DNA from: Octopus sinensis
Lineage: Eukaryota
Length of the DNA stretch: 64,000 nt
NCBI RefSeq assembly: GCF_006345805.1
Contig: NC_043003.1
Coordinates: 103,478,001 to 103,542,000 of the forward strand
Direction: 5' to 3'
Shown here: one piece after another, positions 40,932-53,065 of the stretch
Numbering within the stretch: the stretch's first letter is position 1
Layout: each line of letters starts with the position of its first letter
Made by a program: the position numbers and the translations under genes
Notes under the pieces: generated by a model
Database searches by the model: none
Told to the model about the DNA's origin: nothing
What the model saw: the letters and a program-made list of their open reading frames with translations, nothing else

Positions 40932-41097
40932 TGCACACGTCTTTTGGCCACACAAGACTTTTCTACCAACTTGCTAACATCACCTGTATCAGCATGACTG
41001 ACACTAGTGTGGGTTTCACTCAAGCTGCTCAACAAGGAGTTAAAATCATCCTGGTGACTTATCAAGTTGTCACCAAAGACGTTTTTAAAACCAAGCC
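40932..41097 (-). CDS. PINX1: PINX1 exon 3
   Basis: tttacag acceptor, CA|gtaag donor, 166 nt; GLG...DNLISHQDDFNSLL versus PINX1 DNWIAHQDDFNQLL. Confidence 0.95.
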
Positions 41098-42096
41098 CTG
41101 TAAAGTCATAACAGGAAAATAAATTAACACATTTGGTATGGGAAAGTGAAGTGTAGAGAGGAGTGACAATAGCAAAGTTATGGGTGTAGAGAGAAGAGTC
41201 AATGATGACAAAGATAAGAGTGTAGAACATTGCAGTGTCATTGAACAATTCCTGTTGATTCAGTGGAATGGAAGATCTTCATAGTTTGTTGATGAGGATT
41301 CAGTTGCTCATCCCTGAATTGAATGTGTAGTGTTCCCTTAACATTTTTCTCAAGCAGAATCACTGGTATACAGTGAATGTGACAAGGCTTTTGAATTACA
41401 AGTACAATTTATGTCGGGCTTCTGTACAGTATCAGTCTACCCAAGGCCATGCCCCAGTATGGCCACAGTCTAATGACTAAAACAAGCAAAAGATAAAAGA
41501 CCCAGTTTTAATCACAAGACATTATAAAAGCTCTTTCACTGGTCAGCAATGTCCTGTCAATGATACCTAGTTATGGTTGTGTTACCCTAAAATTTCAATC
41601 TTCATACAAGTGGTTTACATTTTTAATGAGGAGTAAAGAATCTGCTGAAGAATATTTGGCTACTACATTAAGCAGATCAAGTCACAATGTAAAAGGCTCC
41701 TTCCTTTGCTTAGGTCACCTCGATTTGCTGCTACACTGAACAAGTGATCTCATGATCAGTATTTCAAAGGCAGTAAGTTCTTTTGACAAAGAGATCTGGC
41801 ACCCACCACATGGTTTCAGGTCCAGTGCCACTGCATGGCACCTTGGGTCTTCTACTATAGACCCAGGCTAACCAAAGCCTTGAGTGCATTTAGAAGATTG
41901 AAACTGAAAGGAAGATTGTCATATTTGTGTGTGTGTGTGTGTGTGTGTAGCTGTGTGTTGTGTCTGCATATTTGTTTACATTTGTACTTCTACAAAAGTT
42001 CCAACCTATAAGCAATGATGTCAGTTCTCTTGTCAACAAATTATCCACTCACTTCATGCCACTGAAGCCATGTGGAATAACAGGTAAGGATTTTAA

Positions 42097-42317
42097 CCCT
42101 TTCGTTACTGTATTTATTTTGAGATGCTCTGTGTTTTTTTCAATTACTTTAATTATAACAAAGAATTTAGTAAAATAACTTAATTATCATTCAGCTAGTG
42201 TTAGGAGCATTAATTGTGACTAAGGTTTGGTGGGAGATTTTAATTCAAAACTTATGAAAACAAGACATTTGTACTACGGAGCCAGAGCCGGTCTCAGCTG
42301 GGTTGGTAACAAAAAGG
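42097..42317. mobile_element. piggyBac-type MITE with TTAA target duplication
   Basis: TTAA|ccctttcgttac...gtaacaaaaagg|TTAA; second copy at about 59138-59356. Confidence 0.8.
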
Positions 42318-42689
42318 TTAAACAATAGTTCAATAGTAATCATCTAATCCATGATGATAAAAAGAAATGCATGTAAAACCCTTCAAAACCTGTCCCACTA
42401 GTTTGCATAGCTGTTTTCAAATCATTAGGAAATTTACTATAAGAGATTTGGTATATGCTGGAGCTGAAGAATTTACTATGTAAGATGTTTACAGCAGCTC
42501 AGAGCAAAATATGAAATGTTAACCTATCAGTCAACATCATAATTTAGCAAACTATAACACAACATCATCATGGTAAGAACTAAATGAAAGGAACAAATGG
42601 TAAGAACTAGATGCAGCACATGTTACAAAATGGTCACTAATTTCTAAAGGTTATGAAAGAATTCCTAAGTGCAAGAGCGGTTAACTTAC

Positions 42690-42812
42690 CTTTGCTATCA
42701 CTCTTCTTTGTGACTTTCACATGTTCTTTGCAACCGTCTTCTCGCAGCCCCAAACCTTTACCTTTCTTCCAGCCAAACTTCTCAAGCATCTTCTGACCAA
42801 ACTTGCTTTCAT
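42690..42812 (-). CDS. PINX1: PINX1 exon 2 (G-patch domain)
   Basis: cctttgtcag acceptor, G|gtaag donor, 123 nt; SKFGQKMLEKFGWKKGKGLGLREDG. Confidence 0.96.
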
Positions 42813-43296
42813 CTGACAAAGGAAAAATAACAAATATGGATGCTGCAAAATAGTCATTTAACACCCATCTTCCATGCTGGCATGGGTTGGACAGTTAGAC
42901 AGAATGCAAGCCATAGTATTGAGCACCAATATTGTCTTTGGCATAGTTTCAACAGCCAGAGGACACACTTCCTAATGCCAACCACTTCTCAGAGTGTACT
43001 GGGTGATTTTTTTGTTTTTGACACTAATGAGGTCACCAAGTAACTCACAAGACAAGATCCTTCAAACAAGTTGAGGTGTAGTATTAAGAGAGCTCGTTTT
43101 GTATCAGGTATTGACAGGTTCAAGTATGACAGAGTGACAAGAACAGGTGTCTTGCTGTAATGAAGATATATGGCTACCAAACAGTAAAAATTTACAATAT
43201 AGTCAATATAATCACAAGTATGGATGTTTAGAAGTTGGGTTCAAGCCCATATTGTTTCAGGTTGCTCCCACTGAGCAAGAGCCTTCTACTGGATTT

Positions 43297-43612
43297 GTGG
43301 TATCAACTGGGGTTCATATAAGATTTTTGGGAGTCCATGCAACAAAATAGTAAACTGGAGATCCACAATAGCATTTTAAGGACCCCTGGAAAAAATTATA
43401 CTTTAGCTGTATTGGTATGTATTACATGAAACAGCTAGGTTTCTTTCTCTAGCATTTTCCATAGTTCAACTTACACAGGTTAGAATGTGAAAAGCAAAAT
43501 AGGAATTTTGAAAGAAGTTTCTATGAAACTAGTTTTTAAATATCGAATGGTTATAGGGGTCCACCAGAATAAAATAGTAATCAAAGGGGTCGTTAAATAA
43601 GAAAATGGTTTT
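43297..43612. mobile_element. hAT-like non-autonomous element fragment
   Basis: Shares gggtcca...gaataaaatagtaatcaa with 46318-46510, which ends gttgagaaccact. Confidence 0.5.
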
Positions 43613-43678
43613 AGCCTGACACACAACTATTTCTGCCTTAAAAAGATTGCTTTTGACCAGAGACTAGGACTTTGTCTT

Positions 43679-43715
<37 letters not shown>

Positions 43716-43724
43716 GCATGTATG

Positions 43725-44275
43725 TATGAGGGGATACCCAAAAGTAACCGACAATTTCTCTGTTGTAATTCAGGCTTCTGCCACTAGAAGCCACTTGATG
43801 TGACCCTCAGGCATCAGTCTGTCAACCGGTAGCATCGAATGAAGTCATACTGCCATGTGAAGTGTCTTTGTTTTGCAGTGCTTCTCCACTGTTCATCGAT
43901 TTTTGCAATGGCTGAAACAAAGGAACAGCGTGCTTCTGTGAAATTCTTTCTGCCAGGGAAAACGGTGGCCAAAACAGTTGTCATGCCTCAAACAACTTAC
44001 AAGGAAGCTGCCATGAGCAAAACACAAGTTAACAAGTGGTTTTCATGCTTTAGGAATGGTCACTTGTTGCTTGAAGACCAACCTCATTCAGAGTGACTGT
44101 TGACCTCCTGAACAAATGAAAACATCATGAAAATTCATGAACTAATTTTAGAGGACCATCAGCAAATAATTGATGAACTTGTTGATATGACTGATGTGTC
44201 CTGGAGCTCCTGCCAACAAATTAAAAAGAGTTGCAGCAAGATTTGTGCCCTGCCCGTTCACGGAAGATCAAAAGC
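43725..44275 (+). mobile_element. Mariner transposon remnant (TIR plus HTH fragment)
   Basis: ta|tgaggggatacccaaaagtaacc terminus; EQRASVKF...GKT...AMSKTQVNKWF..FRNG...LEDQPHS with frameshift and stops. Confidence 0.8.
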
Positions 44276-44769
44276 ATAGATGCATTGTATTTCAAAGATC
44301 CAGGATTGTGTAGCTGATTGGAGATTTGTAATGTTTCAAATCACAAAATATGACTACATAAACTGAGGTGAAATTTGGAAAGTCATGTAGGTTCACAACT
44401 CTGACTTGTAATATCTTGATATTTCCAGCATTAAAAAAAAATCTTATCTTTCCTAAGAAGGCCTAAAAGATTCAGAAAATGTTTAACAATTGTGGCAAAA
44501 GTGAATCTAAAGACACAATTTTTGATAATGCAGCCATGTTAATATTTATAAGAATGATGATTTATGTAGGCACAAGGCTTCAAATCTGGGGGTAAAGAAA
44601 CAATCGATTACATTAACTTTAGTATTAATCCAGAAGGATGTACAGTAAAGTTGTCCTCAGTGAGAGTTAAGCCCAAATCTTGAAAAGCCAAAATAAACAC
44701 TGTTCACTGCCAGCCATGCAGCCTCAAAATTTCAGAATGTGATAGAGTCAGGTGGTCTTTCATTTTAAG

Positions 44770-45212
44770 CATGCCAGTGGCACATAAAAGACACCATTCC
44801 AGTGTGATCGTTACCAGCTTCGCCTTACTGGCACTTGTGCCCAGTGCTAGTAGGGTGCTAAGAGCACCATCTGAGTGTGATCGTGAGCGGCTAACTGGCT
44901 TCCGTGCCGGTGGCATGTAGGAGGCACCATTCGAGCGGGATCATTACCAGCATCGCCTTACTTGGCATGTGTAAAAAAAAAAAATTCGAGCGAGGTCGTT
45001 GCCAGGACCGCCTGACTGGCCCCCAAGCTGGTGGCACGTAAAAGCACCCACTGCACTCTCGGAGTGGTTGGCGTTAGGAAGGGCATCCAGCTGTAGAAAC
45101 ACTGCCAGATCAAGACTGGAGCCTGGTGCAGCCATCTGGTTCGCCAGCCCACAGTCAAACTGTCCAACCCATGCTAGCATGGAAAGCAGACGTTAAACGA
45201 TGATGATGATGA
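44770..45212 (+). mobile_element. Modular (GAT)n-tailed retroposon (family 5)
   Basis: Constant 3' domain ggcgttaggaagggcatccagctgtagaaac...gctagcatggaaagc.gacgttaaacgatgatg preceded by hairpin modules; copies at 55085-55655, 55660-55895, 59400-59572, 60690-60915, 63540-63875 (-). Confidence 0.85.
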
Positions 45213-45711
45213 AACCATTTCATTCCATCCTATGTCCTATTCCTCTAACGGCAAAGGCAATGAACTGGCTGAATTATTAGTACACCAGGCAAAATGCTTA
45301 GCAATATTTCGTTCATCTTTATGTTCTGAGTTCTAATTCCACCAAGATCCACTTTTCTTTTCATCCTTTCGAGGTCAATAAAATTAGTATCAGCTGAGCA
45401 CTAGGGTTGATGTAATTAACTGAAGCCCCTCCCACTAAAATTACTGGCCCTGTGCCAAAATTTGAAACTAATATCATCCAAAGGTTGGGCTCAACACTGA
45501 TAACACAGAATCATATATCATACTCGGGAAGCTTGGAAACTGCAGTATTCGGTTTCCAGACTTTCTACAGAATATTTGTGCTAAGTATGACACACAACGC
45601 TAATTTTAACACTGCTTCCATCATTATTAAAGAATATATATAAATATATAAATCATACAATTTTACGTAGAGATTGTTAACTTTAACAATACTCAGAAAC
45701 AGGCTAGAATC

Positions 45712-45995
45712 GGTACTACTTAAGAAGAGTGGTCCAGGTGCGCGCACTCGCGTACTCGCGCTAGCTAGTCGTGACTAGTCGATCCTACAACGACTACCTA
45801 GCAAAGTAAATATAACACAAAATAAATAATTTGTTTTACACAAAGTAAATAAAACACAAAAACAAAATATATATTTTTTTAAACAAAGTAAATAAAACAA
45901 AAATACAAAGTAAGGATCGACTATTCACGACTAGCTGGAGTGGATGTGCAAGTATGCGAGTGCGCGCACCGGGACCACTCTTCTTAAGTAGTACC
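45712..45995. mobile_element. MULE/Mutator-like MITE with long TIRs and 9-bp TSD
   Basis: TSD gctagaatc at 45703-45711 and 45996-46004; TIR ggtactacttaagaagagtggtcc.ggtgcgcgcactcgc. Confidence 0.88.
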
Positions 45996-46788
45996 GCTAG
46001 AATCAAAGTACCAGTTGCGTACTAGGATCGATCTAACCGTCTGGGCCCCCTCCCTAAAAATTTCGGGCCTTGTGCCTAGAGTAGAAAAGTATAGCAGTAC
46101 TTCCAGGATTCGGCCCATCTCTCGTCCGGGAGATAAAAATATACTATTGAAATATGCTTTATTTTTTGGGGGATAAAATTTTACCCTTTGGGGTACATGT
46201 ATGAATTATTTGAGAACACGGCGAAGTCTTTCGGAAGAGTTGTGTATATTTGAAGATTTGACTGCTATTTATAGATCCAGCGATCTCAAGTAACACGTGC
46301 TGGGGGGAAATGTGTCTACAATGAGGGTCCATATAATATTTTAACATATTTTGTAACACAATTCCTAATAAATTTTAATTACGAAAATTTAAGGTAAATC
46401 TAATTGGATAGGATTTTTAAAAACACAGAATGGGTACGAGGGTCCAGTTGAATAAAATAGTAATCAAGAGGGTCCAGCGGCAAAAACAAAAAAAATAGTT
46501 GAGAACCACTAAGTAAGATAAATTGGTGATCCTTTAAATTAAGGTTTTGAACCAAACAAACAGTAAGAAAACACATAATTCGGCGAACGGTACTCGTAAC
46601 GAAAGATCGCCAATTTTTTTTTTTTTTTTTGCGTAACTTCGGTATAGGTACCGGATACATTTCAAGAAAGTGGGTTTTTGGCACTGTTATGCTTTTAGCT
46701 GTCAGAAGTGAAAGTCGTCAACTTCGTGTATTTACGTCAGATTTATACCTTCGTTAATTTACGTACCACCACGCTGTTAGGTTTATAA

Positions 46789-46846
<58 letters not shown>

Positions 46847-46862
46847 ACACATGTGTATATAT

Positions 46863-46907
<45 letters not shown>

Positions 46908-46911
46908 ACAC

Positions 46912-46957
<46 letters not shown>

Positions 46958-47452
46958 AGACACATATTTAATTAAACTATTGACCGCCTTAAAACGGGTT
47001 TCATTAATGAATAATGCAAGAATATATTTATTTCTAAAGTTTAAACAGAACATGGAATGAAATGTATTTATTTATAATATATATGGGGGAGTTAGGTTTG
47101 GGAGAAAATGTAAACAAAGCCACTTCCGGTACCTATACCGAAGGATCGCCTTTTTTTTTTTTTGTCTAATGTCGAAGTTGGCATTCCGTGTATGTGTGTG
47201 TGAGTGGTTTATGTTTGTTATGTATTTTATGATCAGATTTATAGATATTACGCATATATATATTGGGCTAAACTGGCAAAATGATCATTCCTAAATACAA
47301 CACTATTCGTAGTGTTTTAATTTTTCCTTTTTTGTCTAATGAAGAAGAACTAATAGGGTTCAGAACTAATAGGGTTTCTTTCGTTCCTTATTACAAGAAT
47401 CGGGTGGAGCCGCTGCCACCCGTCATTTAAAAGCATTTATTTTATGTACGAA

Positions 47453-47737
47453 CTAGCAGTATCGCCCGGCGTTGCTCGGGTTTTTATAAGCATTTTTAGA
47501 GAGTTACTTCCCTTATATAATAGCGAAAAAAATGCATTAAAATGGGAAAAAATGATGGTAAATTTTTTTTTTAAATCGCAGACTCATCGTAAACGCGCGC
47601 TAATACCCAGAAGGGCTCGATATGAACCACGACTATAAGATACCCGGTTTTGGTTAAACTGCACCGCAAAATGTGGGAGTAGTTAGGAATCTAAATCGTA
47701 GGAGACAGACACACAACTTCTCTTTTATATATAAAGA
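47453..47737 (-). mobile_element. Non-autonomous Helitron
   Basis: Minus strand A|TC...cccgagcaacgccggg hairpin...CTAG|T; no TSD. Confidence 0.85.
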
Positions 47738-47900
47738 TATTGCTGAAGTTCTTTAGAAATGTCTTTAATGACGTCCGCGTTTGTATTTGTCTCGTCATTG
47801 ATTGCTACTGGCTCCACGTTGGATTTATTTTAATATGTTTTATTTGAATTTATGACTGGATTGAAATGTCGATAACCGAAAAAAAGTCGTAGAAACTTAC

Positions 47901-47967
47901 CATTACTCCAGGCAGAACCAGTTGGATTGACGGAGTATTTCACTCGTTCGTGTTTCTCTGCTAACAT
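47901..47967 (-). CDS. PINX1: PINX1 exon 1 (start codon at 47967)
   Basis: MLAEKHERVKYSVNPTGSAWSN-D versus PINX1 MLAERRRKQKWAVDPQNTAWSND; G|gtaag donor; the five exons sum to 1674 nt in frame. Confidence 0.93.
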
Positions 47968-48362
47968 GACTTCTTCGATGTAAGAAATACCAAGACAGAA
48001 ATAATCTTTCGAGGCTGGCGAGAGAGAGAGAGAGGAAGTCGCTACGAGTGTAGCAGCAGCGGTGGAAACAGTTTAACCTGATTTCATTCAGCTTTCATTC
48101 AGCCACACAACCAAACATAGACTGATGAATCACTGAACGTTGCACATATCATCTCTGACATCACTGAACACTGAGAAGTATTCTCAATCCAGTCGACTAA
48201 CAGCGTTCTGTAATTCATCAGTATTCTTAACAACTAAAATATCGGAATAGCGACGACGACAATTGGTACTTAAACTGGTAAATCGTCTCACTTCAATAAA
48301 GGGGGGGGGGCGAACCTTGCAATGAAGAATTCAGTTTGTGTATTTTAAATCGAATTGTTGCC

Positions 48363-48960
48363 AACATATATATATATATATGTGTGTGTGTTGTGTGTAT
48401 ATATGTGTGTGTGTGTTGTGTATATATGTGTGTGTGTGTGTTGTGTGTATATATGTGTGTGTGTGTATGTTGTGTGTATGTTATGTGTGTGTGTGTGTTG
48501 TGTATATATATGTGTGTGTGTGTGTATGTTGTGTGTATGTGTGTGTTGTGTGTATATATGTGTGTGTGTGTGTTGTGTGTATATATGTGTGTGTATATAT
48601 ATGTATGTGTGTGTATGTTATGTGTATATATATATGTGTGTGTATGTTATGTGTATATATATGTATGTGTGTGTTGTGTGTATATGTGTGTGTGTGTGTG
48701 TGTATGTTATGTGTATATATATATGTGTGTGTGTATGTTGTGTATATATGTATGTGTGTGTGTTGTGTGTATATGTGTGTGTGTGTGTGTATGTTATGTG
48801 TATATATATGTATGTGTGTGTGTTGTGTGTATATGTGTGTGTGTGTGTGTATGTTATGTGTATATATGTGTGTGTTGTGTGTATATATGTGTGTGTGTGT
48901 GTATGTTATGTGTATATATATGTGTGTGTGTTGTATATATATGTATATATATATGTATAT

Positions 48961-48994
<34 letters not shown>

Positions 48995-48997
48995 GTT
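48363..48997. repeat. About 630-bp compound (GT)/(TA) microsatellite between the PINX1 and PLK1 start codons
   Basis: Directly visible; produces the long VC/YI ORFs. Confidence 0.97.
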
Positions 48998-49105
48998 AGA
49001 AGTATTGGGGGTGATGTACAGATTAATACATATGAAAGAAAAAAGGTGTTCAGAATGCTGAATGGTTGTAAAAATATATATTTATTTGTATATCACACAC
49101 ACACA

Positions 49106-49139
<34 letters not shown>

Positions 49140-49546
49140 GTTTGTCCCCACTAGCATTGCTTGACAACCGATGCTGGTGTGTTTATGTCCCCGATACTTA
49201 GCGGTTCGGCAGAAGTGACCGATTGAATAAGTACTGGGCTTACAAAAGAATAAGTCCAGCATGGCCGCAGTCATATGACTGAAACAAGTAAAAGAGTAAT
49301 ATATACGGTTAAAATTATTTTTAAAGCTATTTTAATATGCGGCCACATTTTTTGATGGAATTTTTTTCTGTAAAAAAACTTCATCCTATATTAGTAGTAT
49401 ATATATATATATATACACACACATATACACTACCTTCCCAAGATACAGGGGAAATGGGAGTTAGAGACTACAGTGGAATCAGCAGCAGTTTCACGTTTGT
49501 TCCACTCTTACTTCTCCTCTCTTCGCCTCCCACTCCAGCTTACTCC

Positions 49547-49665
49547 CTAATGAAATTTCAGCCAATGAAATGTCGAGTTATATACATTATCCAATGAAAT
49601 CGATTGTTTGCGGAAAACCGCAATATTTAAAAAGTAATCCTGATTTAGCATTAAACAAGTTTGAA
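49547..49665 (+). promoter_or_regulatory. Candidate G2/M promoter: two CCAAT boxes and a CHR (TTTGAA)
   Basis: CCAATGAAAT at 49562 and 49591, CTAATGAAAT at 49547, TTTGAA at 49660-49665, 40 bp before the PLK1 ATG. Confidence 0.5.
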
Positions 49666-49704
49666 CTTGCTTCAATTTGATGTGAAAAACAACTTAACAG
49701 AATT

Positions 49705-49803
49705 ATGGCATCAAAGTCAGCGGTCACTCAAAAAGAAATTCCAAATGTTATTCGCCATGCTGCTATTGGCAAAAGCTACAATAGAGGCAAATTCCTTGGC
49801 AAG
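49705..49803 (+). CDS. PLK1: Polo-like kinase coding exon 1
   Basis: MASKS...KEIPNVI...SYNRGKFLGK, AAG|gtaagg donor; completes the GKGGFA P-loop with exon 2. Confidence 0.92.
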
Positions 49804-52597
49804 GTAAGGAAGAAAAACGGTCCCCAAAAGACCCTCAACTTTGTCCTGGCTTTTCCGGACCTGTTTTGTCCGTTAGCTACGCACTTCTTAAAAGTGATTA
49901 AGATTCATCATTTACTGTTTTCACATCGAATAATACCAATTATCTTCGTGAAATAATATTCTAGATATGTAATCTATAGAATATATTCTTATTAAGAGGT
50001 AGTTTGCAGTTAATGCTTCTTTGGAGAGGCATGAATATCCCCGCACTATCATTCTGAAACATTTAAATTTTTTGTCAAACCCGTCACAAATTTACGAAGA
50101 ATTTAATTATTTTGTTTTTCCTTCGCTTTTTAAAGTTTAAAAAATTATTTTGATTTTTTTTTTAATGACAATGTTTGTGTCGTTATCCCCTGTTAACGCT
50201 CTTCCATATCTAATTATAATCGAAACGGCGAACGTGCGTGAAACTTTTAAAATCTTTATAAGGAAGGGGGAAAATAAAACAGGAACCTTGCAAAGTCTTG
50301 TGTTTAAATTATATAACTAGATTGTTTATTTTTACTATCATGTCAAAATTTGTGTGTAAATGGGAAAGACAGACCTACACATATATCTTGCATCAACTAC
50401 GATTATAATTTGTTGATGCTCAAAAGAGATACATCAATTATTTCAACTGATATAACGTGCGTATATAGACAAGAACACAAAGTTATGCATTAATTGACTT
50501 CTTTTATTTTTATTATTAAGAAATTCCGAATCATTTATTAGTAAAATATTTTTGATAAAATCTGCAAAGTGGAAATGTTTACTTAGAGTAAAAATGTGTG
50601 GTACAGGACAAAAAAATCGTAAATAAGTTGTGGATCAGCTGAATCTTTGATGGCCATTTTATGTACTTACATCGAACGATCTTCTTTTGCACACAACCAC
50701 ACACATATACATCAGTACCTCTCCCGCCAGTCACCCACAAGTTATTCGCAACTTTCAAACACCAACGGACAAATCACCTCAACACCCCTTCTACTCCTAA
50801 CAATTCGGCTTCAAAAATCAGTTTATATCTCTAATACTTCAATATAGTGAATTATTTTTATTCTATTTATGCTCTATCCTATTGCATGATCGATTTTCGT
50901 TTTTAATTGTTTTAAAATTCAGTCGTCTTTACACACTATATATTAATATGTTGCAGAATTTGAGTTCTATTTTTCTTGTTTGCATCAACACACACTTCCT
51001 TGCGTGAAGTGGGTTTTTTTTCATTTCACGTTTATTGGGGGTGTTTTTAAAAGTGCCTAAATTTTGAATCGCGTTTGTTTCGTTTATGACCTTTTAATTG
51101 ACCTGTGTGTGTACGCCAGCGATCAACCAACTATTTTCTTTAAGTTTCTGAGATTTGAATTTTGTCTAATGTGCGCTTGGACTCCTCTCCGACGGGGGCT
51201 AAATTTCGATATGAGGACCATACTTGTCAAAAAAAAGATCGCCGGAAAGACTAATTCAAATCTCCACTTCCATTTAACGGATCTTTTTTAAGGTGTACAG
51301 ATTTATGTGTGAGAAATACAAACGGATAGTTTATAAGTCGAATAAATGATCTTTTTTTTTTTTTTTCCAAAGCGAAGCTAGAAATCAGTTGTAAATAACG
51401 TAAAGATGACGAGGGGTGACAAGAGTGAGAAAATATCAGACAACATACTTTGGTGTATTTATTAATGTCCCTTCAGTTTTCTTTTACGAACAATGACCTA
51501 AAATTTATGTCAATTTGCGACATAGGTCACAGTTTCACTACGACTTATAACGGTCAGACTCGAACAGAAATTCTCCTGTAATTGCCATTTGAATGGAAAT
51601 TTGGTTTTCACTGTAAAACATATATTGCTAGGTTTGTAACCCCTTGAGACCCAACTACATTGAGAAAACTAAAAATATTTTGCATGTATCGAACTTTTTA
51701 TATGAAACGAATGCTGAAGGATTGTAGAAGATACTGCAAAAGTTATTCATATTCAAGAGCCCCCAAGTATTTAAAATTTTCCACATTTTTAGCAAAAAAA
51801 TTTTAAATCTCCGAAATCGACACTCTTTTTCTGTCAATCGATGACTGACTTACTTGGCTATGCTGGGGCACCGCTTTTAGTCGAGCAAATTGACACCAGG
51901 ACTTATTCTTTGGAAGACTAGTACTTATTCTATCGGTCTCTTTTGCCGAACACACACATAAACACACCACTATCGGTTGTCAAGTGATGTTAGGGGACAT
52001 ACACACACACACACACACATACACACATATATATATATACGACGGGCTTCTTTCAGTTTCCGTCTACCAAATCCACTCACAAGGTTTTGGTCGGCCCGAG
52101 GCTATAGTAGAAGACACTTGTCCAAGGTACCACGCAGTGGAAATGAACCCAGAACCATGTGGTTCGTATGCAAGTTACTTACCACACAGCCACTCCTACG
52201 CCTATAAGCAAAAAATATTTTAAAATCAAAAACATATCGGTGAAGTTTCATCGAAACGAAAGCTAAGAATTTGGGGCTTTGTGAATAGCAGTATAAAAAA
52301 ATATTACTAACTTTTTTGAAAAAGCAGCGAAAAAAAGGGTGTCGCATTTTTGCTTTCAGCCGGTGTCAGTCAACAGGGGCTGCTCTTGACCCCAACAGGA
52401 GCTACTGCTGTTGACTGACTCTCGCTGGTCAAGCAGTGTTTTAATTTTTTACAACACTGAACGTTTGCATTACGACTACGAATCAGTTGAGTTTTATTTT
52501 CCCCAGGCAGCGGCAATAAACATTCCGAAACTGATAATATAAATTTAACCGTTTTATAACTTTGTAAAAAGAAAATCAAACCAAAAGACAAGTTTTT

Positions 52598-52974
52598 GAT
52601 CTTTTCACTTTGACCGGCAGTTTTTTTAAATAATTTCCACGTAACTAAACACTTTTAAACTTCGTATACTGGTAGAATGTGTTTCTTGGCTTTATTGAGA
52701 AAATTCTATGGTTTGTAAGATATTTGTTGGGTTTTTTTCTTCAACTTCTGCAATTTCAACCAATCACTGACGTCTATTGAGGTAAAAAAACATTCTGTGC
52801 CGTATGAATATGTCCCTCGTTTAAGAAACAGATTGGGTTTATTTACATTTCTGAAGAAAAAAAGATACTCTAAAACAGATTGAAATGCAATAGATCGATA
52901 CTAGGGTCATAATTATGGGTGACAATTTCATATGACACCGCTAGAAAAAACTGCCGTTCAAACCGAAAAGATCC
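52598..52974. mobile_element. MULE-like MITE with 9-bp TSD
   Basis: TSD caagttttt at 52589-52597 and 52975-52983; imperfect TIR gatcttttc..tttga.cggcagttttt. Confidence 0.78.
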
Positions 52975-53065
52975 CAAGTTTTTTTCTAAAAGGCCCATTC
53001 TTGCAAGTGAATCAGTAACTCCAGCTAGGAATCCAGAGCCACCTCAGGTCACATGTCAAAAGGTG

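Noticed and set aside
48121-48175. C/D box snoRNA (TGATGA...CTGA)
   Set aside because: No terminal stem flanking the boxes; the C-like motif is sequestered in a longer hairpin.
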